A stretch of DNA of 64,000 nucleotides from Lama guanicoe (taxonomy: Eukaryota), in NCBI GenBank assembly GCA_013239625.1, contig MU053645.1, forward strand, positions 736,274 to 800,273, read 5' to 3'. The translations under genes and the position numbers were made by a program. Positions 28,477 through 40,501 of this stretch are shown one piece after another (within the stretch, counting starts at the first letter, position 1; every line of letters starts with the position of its first letter). Below the pieces are notes generated by a model. That model was not told the DNA's origin and did no database searches. It saw only the letters and a program-made list of their open reading frames with translations.

Positions 28477-31400
28477 CTGCAGAGAAAATATCTTCTAGTA
28501 AGTAAAAAATAAAAATTCACATCACTAAGTCTTAGTATTGGCAAGTTAGTAGTTTTACTTTTTTTTGTACTCTTTAGCTTTCAACATATGTAGCTAAAGA
28601 GTTAAGTCAATGACCAGAAAACATCATAAATGCATCTTATTGCATCCAATTGAGATACCGTAACTATCACCCTAAGGACCACTTTAATAAAACACCTGAT
28701 CCCAAGAGCAGACAATCCTTAGAGACATTCTGTGAGAACAGAGAAGCATACAAGCTCCCCAAATACACAAAAAGTAGAGCAGAACCTTAGAAGTCACTAA
28801 ATGACATTTTAATGCTCTGGTCATTTCTATACGATAGGGATCTCTCCTAAGCATCCTAAGAGGATAGTGTCCACTTAGCAACATAGTATACAACAAGGGA
28901 GTCTTAGGCATTATTAAAATTTTATAATAGGCTTTTAGACTGGCAATGGTTTCATTAATTATTTCTTATAGTAAAAACTAATCATAATATTCAAGAGTCT
29001 CTCTCCCCACAGTCAAGAGATCCACTGTGGAGAGGCTAAGGGGGAAGAGGTCGAGAAAATTAGGCTTGAGGAATTGTCTAGAAAGATAGCTAGGTAAAAT
29101 GAGGACACATTTTGTTCTAGTAACAGAATGGAGAAATCATTCATTTATTTTCTAAGTTCAGTGACATATCACCAGAGAATAAGATTTCGGTTTTGAGGCC
29201 AATTCTTTCCTGATGGGAATGTGGGAGAGTGCTGCTTGCTACTGGGATTGGACTTTACTAGAAAGGAATGCTTAATACTCTTCCACAGACTGATAATGAT
29301 ATAGCAATAGCAGAAGATATAAGAATATTCAGACAAGTGGTTTTGTCTTTTGAGAGTTTCCTCAGACTACTTTTTACATATTATAGCAGTTTCTCTAACA
29401 CTCATCTCAAATGTTCAACAAAAGTGGCAGCCAAAAGCTGTACAAACATCAGTGAACACGCAGGGGATAGCAGTGAGGGGATGCTGAAGTAGCTGAAGTA
29501 TTTTATTATCTAAATTTTTAAACTGTCAGTTAAGACAACTAAAAAATTGATTATGAGGCAGATGATCTGAATAATAGTTGAGAGCACTTTCCACTTCCCC
29601 CATGGTATATACGACATCTCCTCTACCTCCCCTCCCTACCCTCACTCCCACCTTCCAAACACATATCCTCAACATTCATGCAAACGTAGAATCGATGCTG
29701 ACTGTCAGTCCCCAGCTCTGAATGTTTATGTGTGTGTGTGCATGTGTATAAAATGATTTGGGAGAGTGAGTACCCATTTATTAGGTTTTTTGTGTCTTTT
29801 TTGTTGTTTTTTTTTATTGTCACACAATTTATTTCTGTTACAATAGAAGCTTTGACAGCAAAACACAAAAACTGACACTTAACTTCACAGGTATAATATT
29901 TAAGAGACATGCTTGCTTTATGTCCAATACAACTACCCAAACACATTGTCAGAGAGTAAATAAAAGTAATATCATCTAGGGCATCTAGATATAAAGCTGC
30001 TTTGCTCCCTAGAGTCTTTGCAAAGAACACTTAAGGGTCTGTCTGAAATTATATTACGTACCGTGTCTGGTGAGGTTTATCACCTATATAAGATTTGCTT
30101 CTGAGTTAAACCTTGGGCTATAAGGTTTCTGGGAAAATGAAGAAGAAAGACTGAACAGAAAGAAAAAAAACGCCCAGCTGCCACTATCGTCATACAGTAA
30201 TAATCCACAATTATTTTCGCATTGCTTCCAACTCTGATAGCCTCAGATTTCTAAAGAATCATTCTGAAGGTCATTAAACAAAAATATGGCCCCTCTGGGC
30301 ATTTTGAGAGGAAAGGAAAATGAAAACTGAACTGCTTCACTTTCACAGAGCAGTCCTGGGGGCAGGCAAGTGAGCCCACACACTCATTTTATTCAAAGAC
30401 AAATGGCATCATTTTCTAACGTCAATTTGAGGGGGGGAGTCTATATGCAATTAGCTCTGACCATTTTCTTTTTCCCTGCACACTGCTTCGTTTTTTTCCC
30501 CAGGAAGTAATAATCTAGAGTATACAGGACTTAGAAAAATAACTCCAGATGAAGAACAGCCTGGAATCTTCACATGTTCTTTGGATAGCTCTAGATAGTC
30601 CCAAGTGCTTTTCAAGTTGTCACCTAGCCTTATAAAAGATTTTTTGTACCCAGTAGAGATTCTTTTTTAAACCATGGCATAGGGATATGCTATCTTCAGG
30701 CCACCTCCACCCTTCTGGGACAATGTAGTATAGATGAAAAGGCAAACTGGCTTCAGACCATTTCAGCTCTAGGTCAGAATCTGGGGTTCACCCAAGTTCT
30801 GTGATCTTGGGAAAGTTTACTTAACTTCTTTAGGTTTCAGTTGTGTACTCTGCATATGGGGATACTATATGCTATCCTATGAGCAGCCAGAATCCAGAGG
30901 CGTGCAAAGTTTCTTCATTACATTCTTGTTGGGCAGCACTATATATAGTGGTCATCCAACACAGAATTCTTCCCATCCCAAAATTTTTGCAATCCTGTAT
31001 TATATCTCCTCCAAACCTCTGGATCTGCTTGGTGAAAATTGTTGCTAATGGACTAATGAGAGAAAAACAAATCTTCACTAATTGGTTAACCATGCCCCAG
31101 CAACATAATACTTTAACCCACTGAAAACATATAGTTCCCAAGAGGCCACTCCAACACTAATCCTAGCAGGTGGGTAGAGAAACTGTCTGTTGTTCAGAAA
31201 AGCCTGGTAGATCACCATCCTGCCCCCACCAAGCCATCCTTCACAAAGTTACCTCATAAGCTATCCTACCCATGTCTGGGTGCCTGTATCAAATCTCAGA
31301 AGTCTTCCAAGTTCTTTACTTCATTACTGTAGCATCTCTTCCTTAAGCTGCTGGTTGCTACACTTACTGCTGTCACTGCTTCTCTCCTGCCTCCAGTCTT

Positions 31401-31613
31401 CCCATCACCTCTTTCCTACTGGACAGACAACACTGCCATACTTCACCATCCCCAGACCTGTTTAATTTAATTCTGACAACCTGTTAGGCAATGAAGTTTG
31501 CAGTACAAAGGTCAAGTCTCAAGATAGTTGTTTATCTGAGGCAAGGACAAACCACCAAAGCCTTGAATGTGAGCAGGTCCCTAATATTATTCTCAGTGCA
31601 CAGTTCCTCTATT

Positions 31614-32108
31614 ATTTTTTTAATTGAAGTGTAGTGAGCTTACAATGCAGGGTGAATTTCTACTGTGTTTCAATCATACATATACATATATATATGCGTT
31701 TTCATATTCTTTTTCATTATAGGTTACTACAAGATATTGAATATAGTTCCTTGTGCTATACAGTATAGACTTGTTGTTTATTAATTTTACATACAGTAGT
31801 TAGTATTTCCAAATCTCGAACTCCCAATTTATCCCTTCCCACCTCCTTTTCCCCCTGGTAAATATAAGTTGGTTTTCTGTCTATGAGTCTGTTTCTGTTT
31901 TGCAAATAAGTTCATTTCTGTCTTTTTATTTTTTAAGATTCCACATATGAGTGATATCATGTGGTACTCTTCTCTTTCTGGCTTACATTACTTCGAATGA
32001 CATTCTCCAGGGCCATCCATGTTGCTGCAAATGGCATTATTTTATTCTTTTTTATGGCTGAGTTATATTCCATTGTATAAATATACCACAATTTCTTTAT
32101 CCAGTCAT
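31614..32108 (-). mobile_element. 5'-truncated LINE-1 3' end
   Basis: T-rich start, GATTCCACATATGAGTGATATCA and CCATCCATGTTGCTGCAAATGGCATTATTTTATTCTTTTTATGGCTGAG. Confidence 0.9.
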
Positions 32109-32399
32109 TGTAGTTATAGAATACTATGATCAGATGTCCATTTCTGAAAGATCATTCCAGTGCGTATATAGAAGGTAGTCAGATTATAGAAAGAGAGATT
32201 GATTAAAAGGCTTTAATTTACTTTGATCTGTTTTTATCCATTGAATGTCATTAAGGATATATAGGAAGTCCTTTATAAGCCTGGATTCTTACAACAATTT
32301 GGAAAGATGAACAGCAAACTCTTGTTAAGTTTGAGAAAAACATCTACATCAAACATTATAAAAGTTGACAAGAACATATCGTTTTGATACATCAAGAAG

Positions 32400-35090
32400 T
32401 TGTACAGTTAAAACTCAACCTTATAAGACCTTTATTCCTAATCACCAAAACCCAGCAACAAATGGTCATCAATGGATGAATGACTCTACAGTGGTACATC
32501 TCTATAGTGGAATATTGGATTACTACTAAACAATAAAAGGAATCAACTATTGATATATATCACACCATAGAGAAAAACTAAATGCATTATGCTAAGTGAA
32601 AAAAGACAGGCACAAAAGGCCCCATATCATATTACTTATATGAAATTCTAGAAAATACTTCACAATAGGAACAAAAAAAGAGATGTTTTTAGCAAGGACT
32701 GGGGCTGGGAGGAGGGAATTGAATACAAAAGGACATAGGAATGAACTTGGCGTGATGGGAATGTTCTGTATCTTGTTTGTGGTGTATGCATTTGCCAAAA
32801 CACATCAAATTGTACAAGTAAGAAAGGTGAATTTTATGTCTGTAGATTCTACAGAATAACATGACTTCAAGAAAAACACAAAAAACCCTCAATCTTAAAT
32901 TCCCAGTTTGAGTTTGAGATGTCCTAGGTAACTTTATTTCTAGCTCCCTATGTAACTTTTCCCTTCCTATAGTAGCAGCAAATATCAAGTAAAGACTTTA
33001 GTCATTAGATTTTTATAACATGTCTGGGATATGTGGCAGACATTATTACATCTATTTGATATGTGGGAAAATGGAGGCCCAGTGGCATTCTATTACTTAT
33101 CCACATTAATAGTGGAATGGTGACCAGAATCCAGGTCCCCAAAGACCAGTGCTTCTTACACATATCAAACACCCACTCCACCAATGTTAATCCATCTTCT
33201 TTATAATTTACAAATAATAAATAACTGCTTTCCCACATCTAATGCCATATCTAGAAATTAAAGCAAGAATAAATCAGTCTTAAATATTATGACACTGACT
33301 GTGGTTTAAGGGCACAAACTGAGGCCTTCATGGGTTTCATAGCTCATTCCTCCTAGATAACAGTATCCTTGAAAATTCTAGTTATATAGATTAAAAATTT
33401 AAAGATTGAATGTAATTTTATGGCTACAAAGTAAGGCACATATTAGTATCATTACATTTCCAAAAGGGATTCGAAATCCCCAAGCATTCTGCCAAACCGT
33501 TTTTTAGCAAAACAAAAAAAATGTTGGTCATTTGGGCTGTGGTATTATAAGGTCTCCAATGACCTTCTTTTTTCTCCTTTAAGAAAACTGTCAGAATGTA
33601 TAGTAAGATATATCAATGCAAAGCTCTTAATTTTGGAAGCTTATCTCATTGTAGTGAGTGACAACATTTAGAAATGGTCATTCCCAAACTATCATTTTGG
33701 TAGATTAAACTAACTCCTCATAATACATCTAAAATTTTCTCAAATATGGTATGAGTCAGAGATCTAATTATTTTTTTCCAAGTGAATAGGCAATTATGTG
33801 CACATCATTTTTAATAAGCCATTATCACCCCTTCACACCCATTAAAATGAAATGTTATCATATACTAAGTTCTCATACATACATATTTTATCTCCTTGTG
33901 GATTCTCTATTAAATTCAACTGATCTATTTATCCTTTCTTAAACTACTTTAATTGCTGCTGTTTTGCAGTAATTTCAGTAATAGTTAGAATAAGTCTTCT
34001 CTCATGAATGTTTTTTTTCCAGTATTTCCCTTGCAAATCTGGAGCATTTGTTCATCCATATGAACTTTATAATGTTTATCATGTTGTCTAATTTAAAAAC
34101 ATCACAGTTTAGCAAATTGGATTATTTATGCAATATTGGGAATAACTGATCTTTTATTCTATGAGATCTTCCCATGCAGAAATATGTTCTGTTTCTCCAT
34201 TGATTTAGACCATATTTTATGTCCTTCAATAAAATTTTATTTTTATATAGGTTTCCTCCCATCTTTGTGAAATGTATTCCTCAGTGTTTTATAGTTTGTC
34301 ATGGTTGTAAATGGGATAATTTCATTTTTCCCTTTACATGTCTAACTGATTATTACTAGAAAAAATAAAAATTATTGAATATTTTGTATACCTTTATTAA
34401 GCTACTTCACCAAATTATCTCATCAGTTCTATTTTTGTTGTTGCTGTTTAGCCTCTTGGGTTTTCTTGCTATACAATTATACAATCTGATAAATAAGATT
34501 ATTTTGTCTCTTCTTTTCCAATATTTATACAGCATATTTCATTTAATTTTCTTATGGCATCAGCTGGAACCTCCAAAGCAATACTGAATAATAGTAGTGA
34601 CAGAGATCATTCCTGTCTGGTACATCATGGATATAAGGATATATGTATATTTACAAGGATGTTTATTGCAATACTGTGATTACCAAAAAACTAGAAAAAA
34701 GCCTGAACATCCATCTGAAGAATGGCTGAATAAAACAAGGTTATATGCAGCCTATGAACTATGATCCAGCTATTAAAAAAGAATTAGACTTATATAATCA
34801 ACATGAAATGATGTTCATGATACATTTGTATATGATAAGAAGAGGTGAAGAGTGATATGTATAGTATGTTCCCGTTTTTATAAAAGTGAAGGACAAGGAG
34901 ATATATTGTGTCTATATACGTATATAAATAAATACATAGAATATATATAGAGAGAGTGTGTTAGCAGTGAGGAAAGAGTGGAATGATATAACAAACAGGT
35001 AACCTTAGTTACCTTAGATGGTTAAAATGGAGTGGAAGAACATACAACTGACTTTTTACACCTCTACACTGTTTGATTTGTCAAAAGTAT
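32400..35090. mobile_element. Cluster of old L1M fragments (about 32400-32850 +, 33700-34620 -, 34640-35090 +) with an interspersed MIR
   Basis: ATGCTAAGTGAAAAAAGACAGGCACAAAAGG; TTCATCCATATGAACTTTA, TTTCTCCATTGATTTAG; AAGGATGTTTATTGCAATACTG. Confidence 0.65.
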
Positions 35091-38049
35091 CAGTTTTTAA
35101 ACATACAGAAATAGGTATTCACTTACTTTGGTTTGACTCCAGGCTTTCTGTAAAACTCAGTAAATACCAGAAAGAAAGGAGAAATGGATTTCATCAGATT
35201 AAGCAAATTGCTTAACCTCTTTGGGCTTCGGTTTCCTCGTGTGTAAGACAAATCAGTTGTGTTACATGGGCTCTAAGGTCCCTATGATATTGCAATTCCT
35301 TCTACTAAGTTTCAGCTGGATCTTGAGAAAATCTCTTTTTGGTTCATTTGAGGCCCTTCGAGTCATTAAGGAGTTCTTCGGAAGGATTTCAGGAACTGTT
35401 TCTAAAATAATTTTCAGAGAGCATTCTATTTACATCAGTGATGTGAGTCTATGAAGTGCATAAGATATGTATTTAGAGGAGCAATCAGAGTGGTGTTCTA
35501 AAAGAGCATGCACTAGAAATCAGAAATTCAAGATCTGAACTCCTAATTGGCTGTGTGTTAGCTAAGTGACCTTCTCTTAGCTACTTCAGTTTTCTCATCT
35601 GTAAAAAGTAATGGTAACAGCCACCAACAAGTAGCCATACTTACTTTTGTTAACTGATGGAGTTCAAATAAAGGAGATTTCCCCCCCTTTCACGCAACCT
35701 CTGCATTCCAAGGACAACACGGATTGCCTTATTCTCAGCCACCTTTAGGTAAAAAATTATGTTACATTTTATGAAAAAGTAGATCAGAGCTCCCAAACCA
35801 GTGAACCATAGCACTCTGGTGTGCTAGAGGGGAACTACTATCGTGTAGACACAATGGTCTGCACTAAATCAGTCACATGAGACCTGGAGCAGCCCAAGTC
35901 CTTAGGGCAGTTCATCCAATCACCTCACTGGGTCATATTATTATTTTCTATGTGTGCTATAATATGAAAATAATCGTGACAAGATTGTTGTCAACTATTA
36001 TGTCCTGTGGAAATATTAACTGGTCTTATTTAGTTCTGAAATTTTCCTTTGCAAAGATGTTCATATCTATCTATGGTTAAAAACAGACTTATGTCGAATG
36101 ACCTTTACTTGATAGAAATGCTATTGTAGGAACTGTTCTTTAGATGCTTTCACTGATGCAGCTCCTTCCTGGAGCATTGAGGGGAAGCAGTTTACTTATC
36201 TAACTCCCTCCAAAAGAACAAAAAATGGGTTTATTTCAGTCACTTCTCTATCCCCAGTTTGTAGCATGGTGCCTAGCACATAGTAGGTACCCAGTAAATA
36301 TATACTGAATGAATGAATGGATTTGCACTGAGCCATTCATAAGGTCCCACCCATCCCGTTATAACCAATGGCAAACATCTGAACTTAAGATAGTTGTGAC
36401 AAGAAAAAGGAGGATTCAAACAGGTAGCCTTGACCTCATTAACATCAGCCTTTTATCAACTGAGGTTGCTTATCACATAAATGTGTGTTTTGCCCCAAGG
36501 CATCTATTTGTATTTTCATTGCTAATGTCCTATTAAGGTTAGGGAATTCTTTTGTTTAGAAATGGGATAAAGGGACTCTATGTTCTTGTGTCAAGTGTTC
36601 TCAGTGAATAATGAGGTTGTTCTAGTGTTTTCCTTAGTTCAATAAAGAAAATAATCATCTCTCATTTCAAAAATGTTTCTAACAGCACTGACATTATTGT
36701 CTATTCTGTTCTAATGTCTAAGCCCCATTCATAGCATCAGGGGGAAATGCTGAAAGTTTAGCCCCCTTCCTCACTTCCTTTTGTTAACTAATAGGGTTCA
36801 GATAGAGGAGTTACAGCCCCTTATACAATCTCTTACATTCCAAGGACAACCAGGATGGGCTTATTCATTCATCTTTATGAACAAGCCCCAGTGCCATATG
36901 AGCCACCCCTACCTTCCCATCCAGCTGTGACTACATGCAAATATCGAAGGATACTCCTTAAAGGCCTGCCATAGTAGGATAGATGGAAAAGAAACCAGCG
37001 TAAAGATTACATGCATTTGAAAATACGGCTGGGAAAAAGATCATGCAACACATACACTTCACTATTAAAACATTGGAGATAACATGTTATACACTTCTAA
37101 CTTGGGATATGTACCAGAACGAACCCTGGACAAGGGTGCCCTCCCCTTTCATAGCTGTAGCCAGAGCAAAAGCACTTCATGTTCAGCCTGGTAGGAAATG
37201 TACAGACTGCAAAGCAAGTAGGGCAGATTGCTAAACTACTGGTTAAAAAGGAAACATTTTTCCCAATACATCGATACATTTTTTCAAGGATTTACTTGCA
37301 ACGTTGTATGAGAAGTGGGATTAACAATACAACTGGAAGTTTCAGAGACTCTTTAATTTGGGGTTTCAGTTTTTTAATCTGATCCATTACTGCAGTGTAG
37401 TGGCTGAGTGGAAGGGCCCAGGAGCCAAACTGCAAGTCCCAAACTGCTATGTGACTTTTAAGCCACTTAACTTGTCTGAGTCTCTAGTCACTTCTTCTGT
37501 AAAATGAGGATAATAATAATATCAACTTAAGACAGTAGTTCTAGAAATTGAGTTAATCCATCTAAAGCACTTAAAATGGGGTCTGGCATATAGTAAGTAC
37601 TTAATACATGTTATCTATAACTATGATTATTCATCAATTATGAAATGTTATAGGAATAGCCAATGTTATTATCCAGACAGAGCTGGAAAAGCCATTTGCT
37701 TCACCATCTTTGGTCCATTTCTAAGAAAGAGTGAGGGTTAGCTTTTCCGAAGGGATAAATTGCTTTGGCATACAATGATGATGGTGATGCCTAGAGATGT
37801 GAAAAAAGAAGAAAGAATTTAGTAGAAAGATAAGAAGGTGAGATAGTAGAATGAACACGGTAAGAGAAAGCTGATGACCTGGATTTTACTCCTAGCTGCT
37901 AGTGCTTAAGCTGGTCAACCTCCCTTGTTCAACTATAAAATTGAAATAAAACCTTTTTATTCTATCTTTTCATGGGCTCCTCTGATCAGGGCTGTGTCTT
38001 AAAGAAGTGCCTGTGATCACGGCTGGGTTTAGCCCCAGGCCTATTGCAG

Positions 38050-38290
38050 GAGAGGGTAGTGGTTAACAAAATGGACCCTGGAATCAAGCTGCCTTGAATA
38101 TAAAATGAGACTTTGTTAGCTAAGTAGATCTGTACAAGTTTCTGTATCCATCTAAAACTCAAGTTTTTCTCTATTAAATGATGATAATAGCGCCCACCAC
38201 ACAGAGTTGCACTGAGAGTTAAATGAGATAATGTAGAGACCAAGCTTAGTACAGCATATGGCACAAATTAAGTGCTTAATAAATACTAAC
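38050..38290 (+). mobile_element. MIR SINE
   Basis: TAGTGGTTAAC..., GAGTTAAATGAGATAATGTA..AGCTTAGTACAGC..TGGCACA..AAGTGCTTAATAAATA. Confidence 0.7.
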
Positions 38291-38494
38291 AAGGCTGATG
38301 ATGGAATGAAGGGTCCCATTAAGTTATGGATATTCTATATCTATGCGTAATGAGCACTGTGTTCCTTTTTATCTGTCCAGATTATTAACGGGAAAAAAGG
38401 GAAGACGATTCACATAGAGATGTGAGGTCCTAGTTCAGGACATGCTCTTGGTGTCTACTGTCAAGTCCCCCCAGGTATGAAGATGGGGGGCTTT

Positions 38495-38891
38495 CATCAC
38501 ACTAAGTGAAGCCAGCCAGCAAGAGAAAGAAAAATACCATCTGATATTACTTATATGTGGAATCTAAAAAAAAAAATGCCAAACAACTTATTTACAAAAC
38601 AGAAATAGACTCACAGACATAGAAAACAAACTTGTGGTTATCAGGGGGGAAAGGGAGGATGAAGGGATAAACTGGGAGCTTGAGATTTGCGGATACTAAC
38701 TACTATATGTAAAATAGATAAACAAGGTCCTACTGTACAGCACAGGGAACTACATTTAATACCTTGTAATGGCCTATAATGAAGAAGAATATGAAAAGAA
38801 ATATATCTATGTGTATATAACTGAATCACTAGGTTGTAGATCAGAAATTAATACAACATTGTATATCAACCATACTTCAATTAAAAAAAAA
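38495..38891 (+). mobile_element. 5'-truncated LINE-1 3' end
   Basis: CTAAGTGAAGCCAGCCAGCAAGAGAAAGAAAAATACC, GGTCCTACTGTACAGCACAGGGAACTA and a poly-A tail. Confidence 0.9.
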
Positions 38892-39159
38892 TACATGACA
38901 GCTGTAGGAGCTAGGGTTTAGACTCTCCTGGGAACTGAGGGTCTGTCAGATCCTATAGAAACAACCTGTACCAACTTTTCTGTGTGTTTGGTTCCGACAA
39001 TTTGCACAGTGCCTGTGCAGAAAACCTTCTTGGTCACCTATGACTATCACATATAAAACTGGACCACATGTCAACCAGTATGGCCCAGAGTGGGCAGAGG
39101 GTGTTCAGTCTTCTTAGGACCACAGGGCTCAGGCTAGCAGCCAAAACAGCAGAGTTGGA

Positions 39160-39620
39160 AGGTTGTGTGTTTATTTCTCTGCTTCCTCCCCCCAGATCCG
39201 TGCTCTGCCCTTATCTGACCTACTCTACACCCAGGGAAGCTGAAGACTATTGATTCTGTCCCCTGGTTTTCTGCCCTCTGACTTCTGTTTGAATTCATGT
39301 GGTAGGAGAGGAGACACTAGCAAGAAACCAGAAGGCAGGAGTTAAGAGGGGTTAGGGTTTTTATCCTGCCCACTCTCTCTCTGTCTGCCACAGTTCGTAT
39401 GTTCCTCTGAGGTCACAGCTCCTAACAGGTCTGCTGTGCTCTTGCCATGTTCCAGGGACACAGCTCCTTCCCTTTGCCACTGTAGGCCTAGGAGTGGTAA
39501 TGTACAGCTTCCTCCCCTTTCAGTTCCCTTAACCCTAACCACACCTCTGTAAATAGTTCCTTCATTCAATTCTCTTCTGTGCAACCCCTGAGTGCGGCTT
39601 ATATCCAAATAAACACATCA
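39160..39620 (+). mobile_element. ERVL-class solo LTR (LTR33-like)
   Basis: CCCCAGATCC..CTCTGCCC and CACACCTCTGTAAATAGTTCCTTCATTCAATTCTCTTC resemble the recalled LTR33 consensus. Confidence 0.6.
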
Positions 39621-40111
39621 TATCCAGTGTTTGCACATCCTGCACTGGGCCCTTTTGTCTCCTCTGCACTGACTGCAATGGCTTTCATCACGTAGACCAT
39701 GATAACAGTTGTTATTCTTTCTAAGTGCCATTGCTTGTAACCATGGGCCTTTGTTCCAAACAGTAAATAATATTTCTATGTGTATGTCCCTCGAATACTT
39801 TCTTTCACATGTTACTTAAATCTTCACTCTTCTTCCCATTTGCTCTCATGAGTTGGGGTAGAGGGATATTTTCCTTATTTTAGTCATTGGAGAGGCTGGG
39901 ATTGCTTCTCACACCTGCTGATGGAAGTACATGAAAAACAGTAATATATAGGAATCATAGCTATGAATTATTTAGCTGTGGATCTGTTGATTCTTCTCAG
40001 TGAAGTGTCTAATACCAAAACCTAGAAATAAAATCTCTCCATTTTTCTCTCTCCCCAAGCCAGTCATTGACTTAAGGTTAAAAAAATGCATTTGACATCA
40101 TGCTGAGTTAC

Positions 40112-40298
40112 CTTGTACCACACAACATCAGGCTCCTGATCGGACTTTTTAAAGTCATCCATGTCTGGGCAGGAGATCTCCTTTCTTTTAGTGACTTCAG
40201 ATTTTTCCAAATAGCGGATCCTGCTATTGTAGCACAGACCTGATTCATTCTCTGCAACAGTCAAGGACATCGACACCTTCATGCAATAGGTCGAGTTT
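40112..40298 (-). CDS. IL1RAPL2: IL1RAPL2 internal coding exon (probably exon 4; end of Ig1 / start of Ig2)
   Basis: Translates as (R)[62 protein letters not shown], which I recognise as IL1RAPL2 ectodomain. Acceptor ctattcctgcAG (AG at 40300-40299) and donor GTaact (from 40111). 187 bp, ends in phase 0. Confidence 0.95.
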
Positions 40299-40371
40299 CT
40301 GCAGGAATAGAGAAGTAGCAAAATGGCTTTATTGGGTGTTTTCAACTTTGTGTGTACTCTATAAATTTCAA

Positions 40372-40501
40372 TCACAGAGAAAAAAATGTGACAATGAGTG
40401 TGTATATGTCCATGAATGACTGAAAAAATTGTGCTGAACACTGGAATTTGACACAACACTGTAAAATGATTATGAATCAATAAAAAATGTAAAAAAAAAA
40501 A
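40372..40501 (+). mobile_element. Very short (~130 bp) LINE-1 3' terminal fragment
   Basis: Closely matches 262-389 of this window (AAAAAAATGTGACAATGA..CTGGAATTTGA..AATCAATAAA) and ends in poly-A. Confidence 0.9.
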
